In this document: positions 40,061 to 50,103 of the stretch, piece after piece
Numbering within the stretch: position 1 is the first letter of the stretch
Layout: each line of letters opens with the position of its first letter
Assembly (NCBI GenBank): GCA_963701855.1
Contig: CAVPBK010000004.1
Span: 317,604 to 381,603, forward strand
Origin: Nitrospirota bacterium
GTDB lineage: Bacteria > Nitrospirota > Nitrospiria > Nitrospirales > Nitrospiraceae
DNA length: 64,000 bases
Direction: 5' to 3'
The notes under the pieces: generated by a model
The model's input: the letters and a program-made list of their open reading frames with translations, nothing else
Told to the model about the DNA's origin: nothing
Database searches by the model: none
Program-made: the position numbers and the translations under genes

Positions 40061-40094
40061 CTGATACTTCAGACTCTCTCAGCTCAGATGACCG

Positions 40095-41888
40095 TTAGAG
40101 GGCCTTTGCCTTCCGTTTATTAGATCGTCTGGTCAAAATCCAACCTTCCAGAATAACCACACCGAACGCAATCACAAACGGATAGATATAGGCTTCGCGC
40201 GGTGTCGGAGGCTCCAGGAAGGTATAGTAGAAGGCCGAGACAGCCATCTTCCGTCCTGCGTCTCCATTATGCCCGTCCCACGCAAAAAACACCGTGGGAA
40301 TGTACTGTCCCATTTCGAAGAAGGTATCCTCGTCGTAATCCTGATCCTTCTTGTTGCCCAGGGGGCGCTGAATGATCACCGTCCATCGACCATTCTTCCA
40401 CTCAGAGAAAAGTAATTTGCTGCTCTCTTCGTAGTTGTCCCGCTCTTCAAAATCCTTATCCCATCCGGTACCCTTGAAAGCACGGAGCGACCCATCCGCC
40501 TCCCATTTCATAATGTCCATCGGGAACTGCTCATTGCTGCCGAACAGATACCGCGGTTTAATCGGAGCGGGAAGATCCTTCCACTTCACGGCAGTTTCCA
40601 TGGCAACCGCGTCGTTGTACACTGTGTAATTATTCTGACGCGAGGCAATGGAACCCTCTTCCCCGGTCTTGGGATCCTGTTCCTTGACATCGATGTTGAC
40701 TGAGGTCGGAGGCCAGGGCAATTTCCCCTCGGCTACGCTCTTCGTCCGATCGTCCCATTGGAACATGAAGGCGATATGCGTGTCGTTGTAGAGCGACTTC
40801 ATCCAGATATCATCAATCCTGTTTACGAAGTTTCTTGGCTTATGGGTGATCTGACCGCCCATCGCAATAATTCGCCTGGCCCGCTTCTGCCACAGTTCAT
40901 TTTCTGGATCTGCCGGAATCTCTCCCCCTCCCTCGATCACGCCTGAGGACAACACAAAATTAACCTTTGGCTTGTCTGTCAATAAATCGATCGAGAGGGG
41001 TGTCCCATCTGCCTCACGCTCACAGAGTGAGTTCACAAAATTGGCAATGTGCCACCGCTCTTCGACGGTAGTATTGTCGGCGAACGAAGGCATCGGAGTG
41101 CCGTTGACTCCGGTCGAGAAGGTCCGGAAGATGTTTTTGACATTATAGGGATCTTGCCGGCTGCCTCTGAAATTCCAACATTTGTGCCAGTTGGCCGGCT
41201 GTATCGAAAAGCCCCAATCGTCTTTGAGATTGAATGCATTGCCGTCACCACGGCCTTCGACGCCGTGACACTCGATACACTTCTTCTCGACAATGAGTTC
41301 TGCTCCCTTTTTCAGGCTCTCTTCTGACGCAGGAATCGGCTTTAATTCGGCCAACTGCAATATCGTCTGGCTCTCTGACTGTTTGTCTGTAAACTTTCGA
41401 TCTTTCACCAGCTGGGTAGTGACGAATGACAACACTTGGAGCCGTTGCTCTTCCGTCAGAATACCCTCCCAAGATGGCATGGCGGAACCAGGCAGACCGT
41501 GCGTCACAGTCTCAAATAGATCGTTCTGACCAGCAACGGGCTTCTTGGCATCGAATAACGGCAACTCACCGCTGGCCGTGTGACGAATCTTGAACGTCCC
41601 CTGGTTAAAATTGCGTGGACGCGGCCAGAGACGATCGGCGCCAGGCCCATCGCCCGCGCCATCGACCCCATGACACCATACGCACTTAGTAAAGTAGACC
41701 CGCTTTCCTGCCTCGATCATGTCTGCAGAAGGCTCAGGCGATAAATCGCCCTTCTTAAAACCAGCAGGAAGAGTATCTGCAGCAAAAGTTAAGCCCCCGG
41801 TGATTCCTGAGACCAGGATGACTCCGAAGGCAGTCGTGAGGAATGCCCCAGCCTTCAGCCTTAACGAATTCTTCATCGCTTCCCTCAT
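40095..41888 (-). CDS. Diheme cytochrome c fused to an EbdC/NxrC-like domain, membrane anchored
   Basis: CVWCH and CIECH; C-terminal FQWDDRT..FFAWDGHNGDAGRK domain; C-terminal TM. Confidence 0.9.
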   Translation of the reverse strand: MREAMKNSLRLKAGAFLTTAFGVILVSGITGGLTFAADTLPAGFKKGDLSPEPSADMIEAGKRVYFTKCVWCHGVDGAGDGPGADRLWPRPRNFNQGTFKIRHTASGELPLFDAKKPVAGQNDLFETVTHGLPGSAMPSWEGILTEEQRLQVLSFVTTQLVKDRKFTDKQSESQTILQLAELKPIPASEESLKKGAELIVEKKCIECHGVEGRGDGNAFNLKDDWGFSIQPANWHKCWNFRGSRQDPYNVKNIFRTFSTGVNGTPMPSFADNTTVEERWHIANFVNSLCEREADGTPLSIDLLTDKPKVNFVLSSGVIEGGGEIPADPENELWQKRARRIIAMGGQITHKPRNFVNRIDDIWMKSLYNDTHIAFMFQWDDRTKSVAEGKLPWPPTSVNIDVKEQDPKTGEEGSIASRQNNYTVYNDAVAMETAVKWKDLPAPIKPRYLFGSNEQFPMDIMKWEADGSLRAFKGTGWDKDFEERDNYEESSKLLFSEWKNGRWTVIIQRPLGNKKDQDYDEDTFFEMGQYIPTVFFAWDGHNGDAGRKMAVSAFYYTFLEPPTPREAYIYPFVIAFGVVILEGWILTRRSNKRKAKAL

Positions 41889-41926
41889 GTCATAAATCCA
41901 GGTTGGTTATACATTCGCTTGAGCGG

Positions 41927-42964
41927 CTAGTCCCAGGTCCGTGGATAATACCCTGTGTGCCAATATTCAAACAAGACGACTTTCCAGATTTCATCCACGG
42001 TTAGATGCTGTTCCCATGGTGGCATCACAGAGGCCCAGGGGAATCCTTCGTTCGGTAGGCCGATTCCACCCTTTGACACACGCCAGAAAATGAATGTTTC
42101 TTGTAACTGCGCAATTGTGCCCGGATCGGTGAAGTTCGCTGGGATCGGATTGAACGCGAAGGCATGGAGACCACGGCCGTTCAGATTATCACCATGGCAG
42201 AAGTGGCAATTTTGATAGAAAATCTCTCCACCCTCACGCACATATTTGAGGTAACCTTGCGCATCCTTATCCCAAGGATTGGCATTCGGCTTCATCAAGC
42301 GGCCCATGCCCTGCTCCACAATATTGGCGTTGCTATACTCCTGATCGTATTTTCCTTCAGGATTGACGCGGTAAGGATTCTGAGACGTTTGAAGTGTATA
42401 GGTTTTCCCATGCACCTTGGTACTGGCCGGTGGGGCAGGATGCACCGTCCGCAACTCGATCGGCTCCTCAGATTTCGGGACCATCGAGTTGTATGAGAAC
42501 CCGCCGATCAAGATCGGAAGAATAACCAGATACGCATACCGTAACAGCCTTTTCCCCCCGGTCTTGGCATCCAAAACATTCATGATCGGCTGCTTGAACT
42601 TATTCCAATCTTCTTCGTTCGCAGACACCCACATAAAGATCGCCACCAGGGAGACCGTCCCATACATAGCGCGAACGCTAAATGGAATAGGTGGATACAC
42701 GCGGAACTTTAAATAAACAAGAATGAACGCCCAAAAAAGAATCCCTTGCCAAAACCTTGGGAATGGCGTTCCCATGGCTCCCATCATGTAGCTGATCCCT
42801 GTAAAGCCAGCCACAAACAGCGTGAGCTCCGCGATTACCTGGACCGGCATGTACCCTTCGATCAGGCGCACAGTATTTGACGGAACGATACCCACAGTCA
42901 TTGCAGCAAGCAGAAGTATTCCAGCTGCGCCGATAAGTGCCGCGACTGACATTAATGCTTTCAT
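41927..42964 (-). CDS. Membrane-bound monoheme cytochrome c
   Basis: Several N-terminal TMs; CHFCH; MPPW. Confidence 0.9.
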   Translation of the reverse strand: MKALMSVAALIGAAGILLLAAMTVGIVPSNTVRLIEGYMPVQVIAELTLFVAGFTGISYMMGAMGTPFPRFWQGILFWAFILVYLKFRVYPPIPFSVRAMYGTVSLVAIFMWVSANEEDWNKFKQPIMNVLDAKTGGKRLLRYAYLVILPILIGGFSYNSMVPKSEEPIELRTVHPAPPASTKVHGKTYTLQTSQNPYRVNPEGKYDQEYSNANIVEQGMGRLMKPNANPWDKDAQGYLKYVREGGEIFYQNCHFCHGDNLNGRGLHAFAFNPIPANFTDPGTIAQLQETFIFWRVSKGGIGLPNEGFPWASVMPPWEQHLTVDEIWKVVLFEYWHTGYYPRTWD

Positions 42965-43007
42965 CGGTGAACTCCGTTTACTCGATAAAAGAAATAGATA
43001 GCCAAGA

Positions 43008-44318
43008 TCATGAAATCTTCGGTGGCGGCGAACCAGCCTTCACCTGCGACAGATAATCGACGATCTTTTTGATAGCTCCCGCGCTCAACTTCTGACCAAA
43101 TATTTTTGGCATGGTATTGTCAGGGAATGGCTTCACCACGTAGGCGCTGGGTGAAACAATCGACTCCATGATATAGTCCGGAACGGTCTTTGCCGATCCC
43201 TTATAATCTTTATCCTTCATTCTGAGCAGCGCATTCGTCCCCTCTTCTAGCACAGGACCAATCGTACCCTTCGCTCCTGGAATACCGGGGATCGTATGGC
43301 AGGCCACGCACTGGGCCTTCTGAAAAATTTGATCCACCGGCTCAGTTCCGTCCGCCATCAGATCACTCCCGCCTGCCGGCTTATCTTCCTGTTGCTTGGG
43401 CCGGTCAGCCTCGGGAATAAACTTTTCATACGATTTGACGATCTCTTCGAATGACGGAGCATCACGCCCCTCCCGAAGATATAGCCAAGTATCAACGGCC
43501 GCCAATTCAGGAAGGCTTAACGAGATTGGTGGCTTATGAATAGATGGCATGGGGCTTTCTTTATCGTTCGTACCCTTCACACCATAACCCGTAACGACAT
43601 AACAGCTCGGACAGGCATGGGATTCAGCGATATACTCTTGAGCATTCTCCGCAGTCCCTGCGCCAGGGAACGCTTCTTTTTGGGCGTAGTCTCTACCTGC
43701 CGGCTTCCCCTTGCTATACTTTGGATCTTCTATCCGTTCCTTGCCAGCTCGCTCTGGAAGACCTAACAAGTTTGGCGCGCGTTCACCCAGCATCCCTGCG
43801 TGGAATGCGTGACAAAGAGGACATTGGCCTTTGCCGACCGCCCCCTGCTCTTTGTTCTTTCCGATTCCACCGAAAATGATCTTCTCACCTTCGTCGGCAA
43901 GTGCCTGGGCAGACATAGAAGCAAAATCCAATTTTACTTCCGCAGGAGGGAATCCACCTTCAACCTGCGGCAACCAGTTCCCATATCCTGACAGACCGGC
44001 GGCAACGAGGAACATGAAGCCACCGATCTTCAGCAACGCGGCTTGACTGGGGAAATAAATCCCCAACAGGAAGCAGGTTACTGTGACGAGAACCAAGGAT
44101 ACCGGAAGCATCCGGTTCGCCTCATAGAAGCTCCCCTCATAGTGCGCAATCGCCACCATCAACAAAAAGGCGCCAATTGTGCCGATAAAAATCTTGAACA
44201 GCGCCCTCTTCTTGGCAGCACCATCCTTAGCTGACACCACGGAATACACGCAGAGACAGGCCAAAAGTGCGAATAACGGCCACCCTATCCTTAGAGCTTC
44301 TCTTACTAAATCGCCCAC
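43008..44318 (-). CDS. Membrane-bound diheme cytochrome c
   Basis: Four TMs; CPLCH and CVACH; additional CPSC. Confidence 0.9.
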   Translation of the reverse strand: MGDLVREALRIGWPLFALLACLCVYSVVSAKDGAAKKRALFKIFIGTIGAFLLMVAIAHYEGSFYEANRMLPVSLVLVTVTCFLLGIYFPSQAALLKIGGFMFLVAAGLSGYGNWLPQVEGGFPPAEVKLDFASMSAQALADEGEKIIFGGIGKNKEQGAVGKGQCPLCHAFHAGMLGERAPNLLGLPERAGKERIEDPKYSKGKPAGRDYAQKEAFPGAGTAENAQEYIAESHACPSCYVVTGYGVKGTNDKESPMPSIHKPPISLSLPELAAVDTWLYLREGRDAPSFEEIVKSYEKFIPEADRPKQQEDKPAGGSDLMADGTEPVDQIFQKAQCVACHTIPGIPGAKGTIGPVLEEGTNALLRMKDKDYKGSAKTVPDYIMESIVSPSAYVVKPFPDNTMPKIFGQKLSAGAIKKIVDYLSQVKAGSPPPKIS

Positions 44319-44398
44319 GGATGTACCCTCCTGAGGTTCGAGTAGAAGGGGAGGTAGTCTTCACACCTCCACTCCCCCAACCAAGATCCTAAAGATGT

Positions 44399-46312
44399 TT
44401 AGTGGCCTCCAGCCGGCTGCGGTGCGCCGCCAGGAACCCCTGCCTTTGCTTCAACAGGCGCCTTCTTCATCCCGAGGCTTCCAAGCCAGAAGACGAATAG
44501 GATGCTCACCCAAAAGAACAATACATTGAACGAAATCATGTTCGCGGCGAACCCTACCGTATGCGTATAGGCCCAAGGCGAGTTATCGCGCATGATTTCA
44601 TTCACATGCCAGAATAGTCGAACGGATGAACGGATGTATCCCATTAAACCCATCATCCAGGTAAAGGCGGTGGCAAGCATGATCAACGCATATTGCGATC
44701 GAACGGATATCTTGCCCCACTCAATGGCCCCCATCTGCTTGGCGCCCTTCATCATGGCGGCGTTCAGCGCAAACATGAAGAAGAGGCAGGATAGTGTGGT
44801 AGCAACTTGAGGCACCGACAGACCTACCCGCACGTTTGCCGGGATGTAATATCCGTAGATGGCCAGCCATATGATGTTCACATAGGCGCATCCGAAGAAG
44901 ACCCCCATGAAGATATTGCCGAATTTCGACCAGGATACCGTCGAGACTTTATTGCCTCGCATATACCAGACGAAACTGAGAATAGTGGTGGTAATAATGA
45001 CGTTAATTCCACCATTTTTAGCCGACATAACCCCGTAGTTCCCTAAGACCGGGTGCTGTTGTCCTCCCATGGCCTTGAGCTCAGCCGGAGTCATGACGAT
45101 CGTGTGAGGGGTAATGAACACCAGAAAACCGCAGCAGAGAACGAATACGAGATATTTAATATATCGTTGGTATTTTTCCGCACCGCGCATCCGGCCAAGC
45201 GCCTGCCAGAGATAATAGTTCGTACTCAAGAAGAGAATGCCGATCATGGTGGCTTGAATAATGAAGAGCCAGGCCAGGAGGCCTCCCATGAGCGTAATCC
45301 CCATCTGCTGACGATAGGCGTATACCTCGCGCATCAGCCAGTAGCCGGCAAACGGCAAGGGAATCAAGAAGGCCACGCCAAGGGCCATGGCGATGTACCC
45401 CATCCAGTCGTAGTGCGCGCGATCTTCGTCTGTCTTGGAGGCCAAGAACTTATAGGCCGCGTAGGCGGCCACAACGCCGCCACCGAACGCCATATTCCCC
45501 AAAATACGATGCACATTGAGCGGATTCCAGAGGGCGGTATGGATGACATGCCAGATGTTCCCCAAGTACCGGCCCTGCTCATCGACACCGGCCGGCGACA
45601 TCATAAAACCGATCCAGGAATTCGCCAGGAACATGAGCAATGTGCCGATCACGTTCAGAATCACGGACATGCTCAAGTGAATCCACTTGAGGAACCCATC
45701 CTTCATCTTGTCCCAACCGTAATAGTAGATGTAGAGAGTTCCGCTCTCTGCGACAAACATCAGGGCATAGATATGCATGACTGGGCGGAAGATACCGGAT
45801 AAGTAGCCGAAGAATGCAGGATAGAGCGTCAGGAAGGTGAAGATCAGGATGCCGCCTAGAATTGCAGTCAACGAATAGGCCGTCAGGCTGATCTTGATGA
45901 AGTCGTAGGCGAGCTGGTCGTACCGCTTGGCCATCGCCTTATCCTTCGTCACCACCCCCATGAACTCGATCACCATGCAGAAAATTGGAACGGCGAGCAC
46001 AAAGCTTCCGTAGTAGAGATGTTGCTGGTTGGCGAACCAGAGCAACACGCGGCTCTCGAAGTTGTACCGTGGATAATCCCGAGGGCCATCGACGGTCTTT
46101 GGAGCAGGGGCGCCAACAACGATACCTTCCGTCTTATAATAGACGTCTCGCCCCTTCTCGACTTTCGCCTCACCATCCTTCTTCACTGCATCGGGCGCAT
46201 CTGCGCCCATAGCCAATGACGGAAGCGATACGGCGATGGGGAGCAGAAGAAGGCCAATCATTGCGCACAGCGCCATGATTGAAAAGAGCTTCTTCCCGGC
46301 TACACGTCCCAT
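44399..46312 (-). CDS. Cytochrome bd-like oxidase subunit I (CydA-like)
   Basis: QQHLYYGSFVLAVP, ANSWIGFMMSPAG, LNVHR and many TMs; RBS AAGGAGG before ATG 46312. Confidence 0.9.
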   Translation of the reverse strand: MGRVAGKKLFSIMALCAMIGLLLLPIAVSLPSLAMGADAPDAVKKDGEAKVEKGRDVYYKTEGIVVGAPAPKTVDGPRDYPRYNFESRVLLWFANQQHLYYGSFVLAVPIFCMVIEFMGVVTKDKAMAKRYDQLAYDFIKISLTAYSLTAILGGILIFTFLTLYPAFFGYLSGIFRPVMHIYALMFVAESGTLYIYYYGWDKMKDGFLKWIHLSMSVILNVIGTLLMFLANSWIGFMMSPAGVDEQGRYLGNIWHVIHTALWNPLNVHRILGNMAFGGGVVAAYAAYKFLASKTDEDRAHYDWMGYIAMALGVAFLIPLPFAGYWLMREVYAYRQQMGITLMGGLLAWLFIIQATMIGILFLSTNYYLWQALGRMRGAEKYQRYIKYLVFVLCCGFLVFITPHTIVMTPAELKAMGGQQHPVLGNYGVMSAKNGGINVIITTTILSFVWYMRGNKVSTVSWSKFGNIFMGVFFGCAYVNIIWLAIYGYYIPANVRVGLSVPQVATTLSCLFFMFALNAAMMKGAKQMGAIEWGKISVRSQYALIMLATAFTWMMGLMGYIRSSVRLFWHVNEIMRDNSPWAYTHTVGFAANMISFNVLFFWVSILFVFWLGSLGMKKAPVEAKAGVPGGAPQPAGGH

Positions 46313-46400
46313 GTAATACCTCCTTGATACATTCTGAAAAAGATTCACGCTCTAGTTACTTACGCATAAGCCAGAATCGGAGCAGCAGAACTGTCGAACG

Positions 46401-46523
46401 CTAATTCCTGAATAGATACCAGAAATCGAGTCCCTGAGAGTCCATCAAAAAGTGGTCTACTGCCAAAAAATAGCTAATGCACACTGCCAACGACACCACC
46501 ACGTAGACGATTGTCATGCCCAT
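46401..46523 (-). CDS. 40-aa single-pass membrane protein
   Basis: MGMTIVYVVVSLAVCISYFLAVDHFLMDSQGLDFWYLFRN*; RBS GAGGGAGG. Confidence 0.75.
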   Translation of the reverse strand: MGMTIVYVVVSLAVCISYFLAVDHFLMDSQGLDFWYLFRN

Positions 46524-46584
46524 CGCACTTCCTCCCTCAGACTTCGTGGACGATCTAGAAATCCCAGCGCCGCAGTGGCCCCGC

Positions 46585-46710
46585 TTAACAGGGGCACTGA
46601 ATTCCGGCGAACCAATAAAAGAACCACAGGCCCACCGCACAGGTGATGTAAAAAATCATCTTGCCGATTCTGACCTTTATCTCGCTATCTGGTACTGCTG
46701 CCGTGGCCAT
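46585..46710 (-). CDS. Unannotated 41-aa single-pass membrane protein with C-terminal CPC
   Basis: MATAAVPDSEIKVRIGKMIFYITCAVGLWFFYWFAGIQCPC*; RBS AAGGAG. Confidence 0.75.
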   Translation of the reverse strand: MATAAVPDSEIKVRIGKMIFYITCAVGLWFFYWFAGIQCPC

Positions 46711-46861
46711 CGCGTCTCCTTCTTTCCTGATGCAAACAATGTGTCCCGAATCAGCTCAGCGGATTTCTTGACACGCAGATACTCCTATGTTATTCAAAAT
46801 TCCTTCTCGCACATGAAAAATCAGAGGAAATTCGATGAAAAGAAAATCAAAAGTGTTCGAT

Positions 46862-46890
46862 ATTATAGTTTTGGTCGGAATGGTTGTCAA
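46862..46890 (-). promoter_or_regulatory. Perfect consensus sigma-70 promoter
   Basis: TTGACA-N17-TATAAT on the minus strand, upstream of the small-ORF/cydA-like operon. Confidence 0.85.
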
Positions 46891-46959
46891 TATACTTTTG
46901 GCCGTGTTTCTCATCCTCTATTACTTTGACTTTTTATAAGTTTCGCAGGGTCTATCCCC

Positions 46960-47850
46960 TCAGTTTCGCTCTGATTTTTCGCCAGAATCCGCGCAGCGAA
47001 ACCCAATTGTCTCATCGCGAAAGTCCGCAACCATCTTGCTTCGACTGGTAATGCGAATATCGGCTCCAGTGGTCGCATAGCCTCCCCCACGAAGCACCCG
47101 AAATACGCCGTAGTCCGGACTCTGCGGATTCTGTTCTGAGGCCTCTTCGAAGTAGCGTTCCGCGTACCAGTCGTCCACCCACTCCATCACATTGCCAGCC
47201 CCATCCATGACACCATACGGGCTCTTATCGGTCGGAACCGTACCGACAATCGCGGAGACCTCATGACCATCCTGCACCCTGGCCCAATTCGCTCCGTTGG
47301 GTTGCTCCACATTACCCCAGGGCCATAGGCGTCCGTCCGATCCTCGCATGGCCTTTTCCCACTCCGCCTCAGTCGGAAGCCGTCTCCCTTTCCAATGGCA
47401 ATAGGCCTCCGCATCCTCCCATGAGACATAGACCACAGGCTGATTGATGCTCAGCATCTTGCTCATGTTCTTGGCGTAGCGAGCAGGAGGACCAGACTTG
47501 CGATGCCCGGTCGCATCGACAAATTGCTGGTATTGAAAGTTGGTCACTTCGTAGCGATCGATGGCAAACGCACTCAGTACCAGCGTACGCTGCGGTCGTT
47601 CATCGAACCCGCCATTATTGGTTCCGCGGATGAACGGCCCTGCCGGAATCGAAACCATTGTTTCCTGAATCGGTTCTTCACGAGAAACTCCATCAGGATT
47701 GATCGGTCCCGATGGGGTTGACACTGCGGTATCGTCAGGAGTCGCTTCAAACGGCGTCAGCGTCGTGCCCCGGAGGATTCCCATGATCGGAATCGCAGCG
47801 AATGCGAGGACGGCGAAAAGAAACAGGACCTTGAATTTTGTTTCGAGCAT
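46960..47850 (-). CDS. FGE-sulfatase (SUMF1) domain protein
   Basis: RLPTEAEWEKA, GAGNVMEWV, RGG and IGFRCA; N-terminal TM. Confidence 0.9.
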   Translation of the reverse strand: MLETKFKVLFLFAVLAFAAIPIMGILRGTTLTPFEATPDDTAVSTPSGPINPDGVSREEPIQETMVSIPAGPFIRGTNNGGFDERPQRTLVLSAFAIDRYEVTNFQYQQFVDATGHRKSGPPARYAKNMSKMLSINQPVVYVSWEDAEAYCHWKGRRLPTEAEWEKAMRGSDGRLWPWGNVEQPNGANWARVQDGHEVSAIVGTVPTDKSPYGVMDGAGNVMEWVDDWYAERYFEEASEQNPQSPDYGVFRVLRGGGYATTGADIRITSRSKMVADFRDETIGFRCADSGEKSERN

Positions 47851-47855
47851 GTCGG

Positions 47856-48782
47856 CTATGGCGTAGCGGGACTGTCGTTCGCCTCCCCATCATCGCTCGC
47901 ACAGCGAAACCCGATCGTAATATCCGTCCGCCATGCTTTTGCTGCGAATCGTTTAGATAACCGAGCGGTATGCTCGGTCTCTCGCCACGACCCTCCGCGC
48001 ACGACTTTCAAATCCGCACGTTCCGGCCCTTTCGGATCACGATACGGGGCTTTCTGGTAATAATGCTCATCGTACGAGTCTGCAACCCATTCCGCAACGT
48101 TCCCGGTCATGTCATAGATTCCATAGGGGCTTCGGCCTGGTTCGAAAGACCCGGGAGGCGCGAGATACCGATATCCATCTTCGCTCCCATCCAGATTGGC
48201 TTTGGCGCGACCGTCCTTAACAGTATCGCCCCACGCGTATTTCCGCTTTCCCTCACCACGGCCGGCCTTTTCCCATTCCGCTTCCGTAGGAAGGCGCTTT
48301 CCCGCCCATTTGCAATAGGCCGCCGCCTCGTCCCATGACATGCTCATTGCCGCAAACTCAGGTTGCAGCAGCTTAGATTGATCGTCTTCAAACACTTCGA
48401 TCTTGGGCAGCTGCCGCTTCGTCATCTTGGCAAACCGGGCATATTCGTCTTGCGACACCTCTTTCCTATCGATATAGAATGCGCTTAAATATACTTGCCG
48501 CTCCGGCACCTCGTCCGGGTCGCCATCTTTGCTGCCCATGATGAACGGGCCTTCGGGAACCTGCACCATGTCTCGGCCCTCATCGCCTATCTTCGTTTTG
48601 TACATGGAATAATCCAGCGATGGCGCACTGGTCAGCGCAGGTCGAGCCTCGGTCTTGATCGATGAGGCCAGGGCTTTCATCTGCTTCGCCTTATAGGATT
48701 CATAGACCAGCAAACTAATCATCAGGATGAACGCCCCGAAGACAAACACGATCGAGCCGACGAGCACTCCCTTACTTTCCAT
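47856..48782 (-). CDS. FGE-sulfatase (SUMF1) domain protein
   Basis: RLPTEAEWEKA, DMTGNVAEWV, RGGSW and IGFRCA; N-terminal TM. Confidence 0.9.
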   Translation of the reverse strand: MESKGVLVGSIVFVFGAFILMISLLVYESYKAKQMKALASSIKTEARPALTSAPSLDYSMYKTKIGDEGRDMVQVPEGPFIMGSKDGDPDEVPERQVYLSAFYIDRKEVSQDEYARFAKMTKRQLPKIEVFEDDQSKLLQPEFAAMSMSWDEAAAYCKWAGKRLPTEAEWEKAGRGEGKRKYAWGDTVKDGRAKANLDGSEDGYRYLAPPGSFEPGRSPYGIYDMTGNVAEWVADSYDEHYYQKAPYRDPKGPERADLKVVRGGSWRETEHTARLSKRFAAKAWRTDITIGFRCASDDGEANDSPATP

Positions 48783-48788
48783 CGCGTC

Positions 48789-49160
48789 TCATACTCCTCC
48801 GGTTGTAGCCTTTTTCTTTGCCGCGCGCATGTCCAGCAACATCGAAATCTGCACACCGAGAAATCCACCCATAGCGGCACCGGCCCCCGCACCCACGGAT
48901 ATTCTCTCTGTGCCGGCAATAAGCCAGGCGAGCGCCCCGCCCAACAGAGTTCCCACCAAAATACTCGCTAGAAAACGCCGCCCTCCCATAAACCCGATCA
49001 CTCCGCCGAGCACCAACCCTGCCCCACTCGCTAGCGGCATGATACCGCCTCCCATAATAACCCCGATGAGCGTCCCAACGGTTCCCATCACGGCCACGCC
49101 GAACAGGATATCGATTATCTTGAATAAGGGCGCAGATTGTTCCGTGCCAGACTCGGCCAT
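48789..49160 (-). CDS. Small glycine-rich membrane protein
   Basis: Four GxxxG-rich hydrophobic helices. Confidence 0.8.
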   Translation of the reverse strand: MAESGTEQSAPLFKIIDILFGVAVMGTVGTLIGVIMGGGIMPLASGAGLVLGGVIGFMGGRRFLASILVGTLLGGALAWLIAGTERISVGAGAGAAMGGFLGVQISMLLDMRAAKKKATTGGV

Positions 49161-49180
49161 ACCAATCACAATCCATTGTT

Positions 49181-49837
49181 CTAGCGGCCTGTGCTCGCGA
49201 CTATCGAGCCGAAATCGATTTCTACGCCGGACGCGGCGATGATCGAGATGCCCCAGGCTTTGGCAGCCGGTTCATGCTTGTGAATCCGTTTAAAATCCTC
49301 GTACACATTCACACGTTCCTCGAACCATTGACCGACCTCTTTCGTGCCGCTTTGCATCACGATCTCCGAACCACTGAACATACCGCCTTCGGTCAATGTG
49401 CCTTCAGGCTTGGCCACACTCCAGACATACTTCGTAAACACAGGAATAAACATCAGGTCGGTATCCAGCGAGGCATAGATCGCCGCGATCGGCTCACTGT
49501 CCGACGTAGCCTTTTGCAGACGCCAGCGCCAGGTGAGGACCGGAAAGGCCTTCGGGTCCCAATCGATTTTCTTTTTCTTAATCCTTTGTCCCGCATCCCT
49601 CACCGCAAGAAAGCTCACACCATTCTCTGTCTGAACCTTGTAGGCATCCCGCCCCTTGGACTGGCTTCGTTGATTTTCATGCTCCCAATTCAATGGAAAT
49701 CCTTCTGCATCCTTACCCTGAAAATCCTCCAGAACCAAGGTTTGGCTTTGGGCAGTGACCGCACCAGCCATCACGAAGCTTCCACACATCACGATCCCAA
49801 CAGCGAGCCATCTCCGGATCATCACCCCTCGCCTCAT
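49181..49837 (-). CDS. Secreted DUF3047-like protein
   Basis: Signal peptide; FPVLTWRWRL, KYVWS and GQWFEERVNVYEDFK. Confidence 0.75.
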   Translation of the reverse strand: MRRGVMIRRWLAVGIVMCGSFVMAGAVTAQSQTLVLEDFQGKDAEGFPLNWEHENQRSQSKGRDAYKVQTENGVSFLAVRDAGQRIKKKKIDWDPKAFPVLTWRWRLQKATSDSEPIAAIYASLDTDLMFIPVFTKYVWSVAKPEGTLTEGGMFSGSEIVMQSGTKEVGQWFEERVNVYEDFKRIHKHEPAAKAWGISIIAASGVEIDFGSIVASTGR

Positions 49838-49860
49838 ACTCCAACCCCTTTCGGCTTTAA

Positions 49861-50103
49861 CAAGATGCGGAAAAACTATCATGGCACGGTGGAGATTCAA
49901 CGGCCCACACATCTAGGCCAACAAAAGAACCACGCGCAGGATGATGAAAAAGGCCAGACTTCTCACCCGCCCAACCCTGACGCGCCAAGACGCGCCTTGT
50001 CCCAGGCAAGGCCGCAGCGAGTGAAGAGTCGAGGCGTACGCTTCGGTACGTTGAGCCTCTAAGCGATGCGAAAACACCGCTGGCGGACTTTTTCATCATC
50101 CTG
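49861..50103 (+). repeat. MITE-like repeat
   Basis: Inner unit 49937-50103 has perfect 15-bp terminal IRs CAGGATGATGAAAAA/TTTTTCATCATCCTG; highly similar to 23598-23764. Confidence 0.9.

Noticed and set aside
46730..46748. Sigma-54 promoter upstream of the small ORFs
   Set aside because: GG-GC spacing is 11 rather than 10, and a perfect sigma-70 promoter is present.
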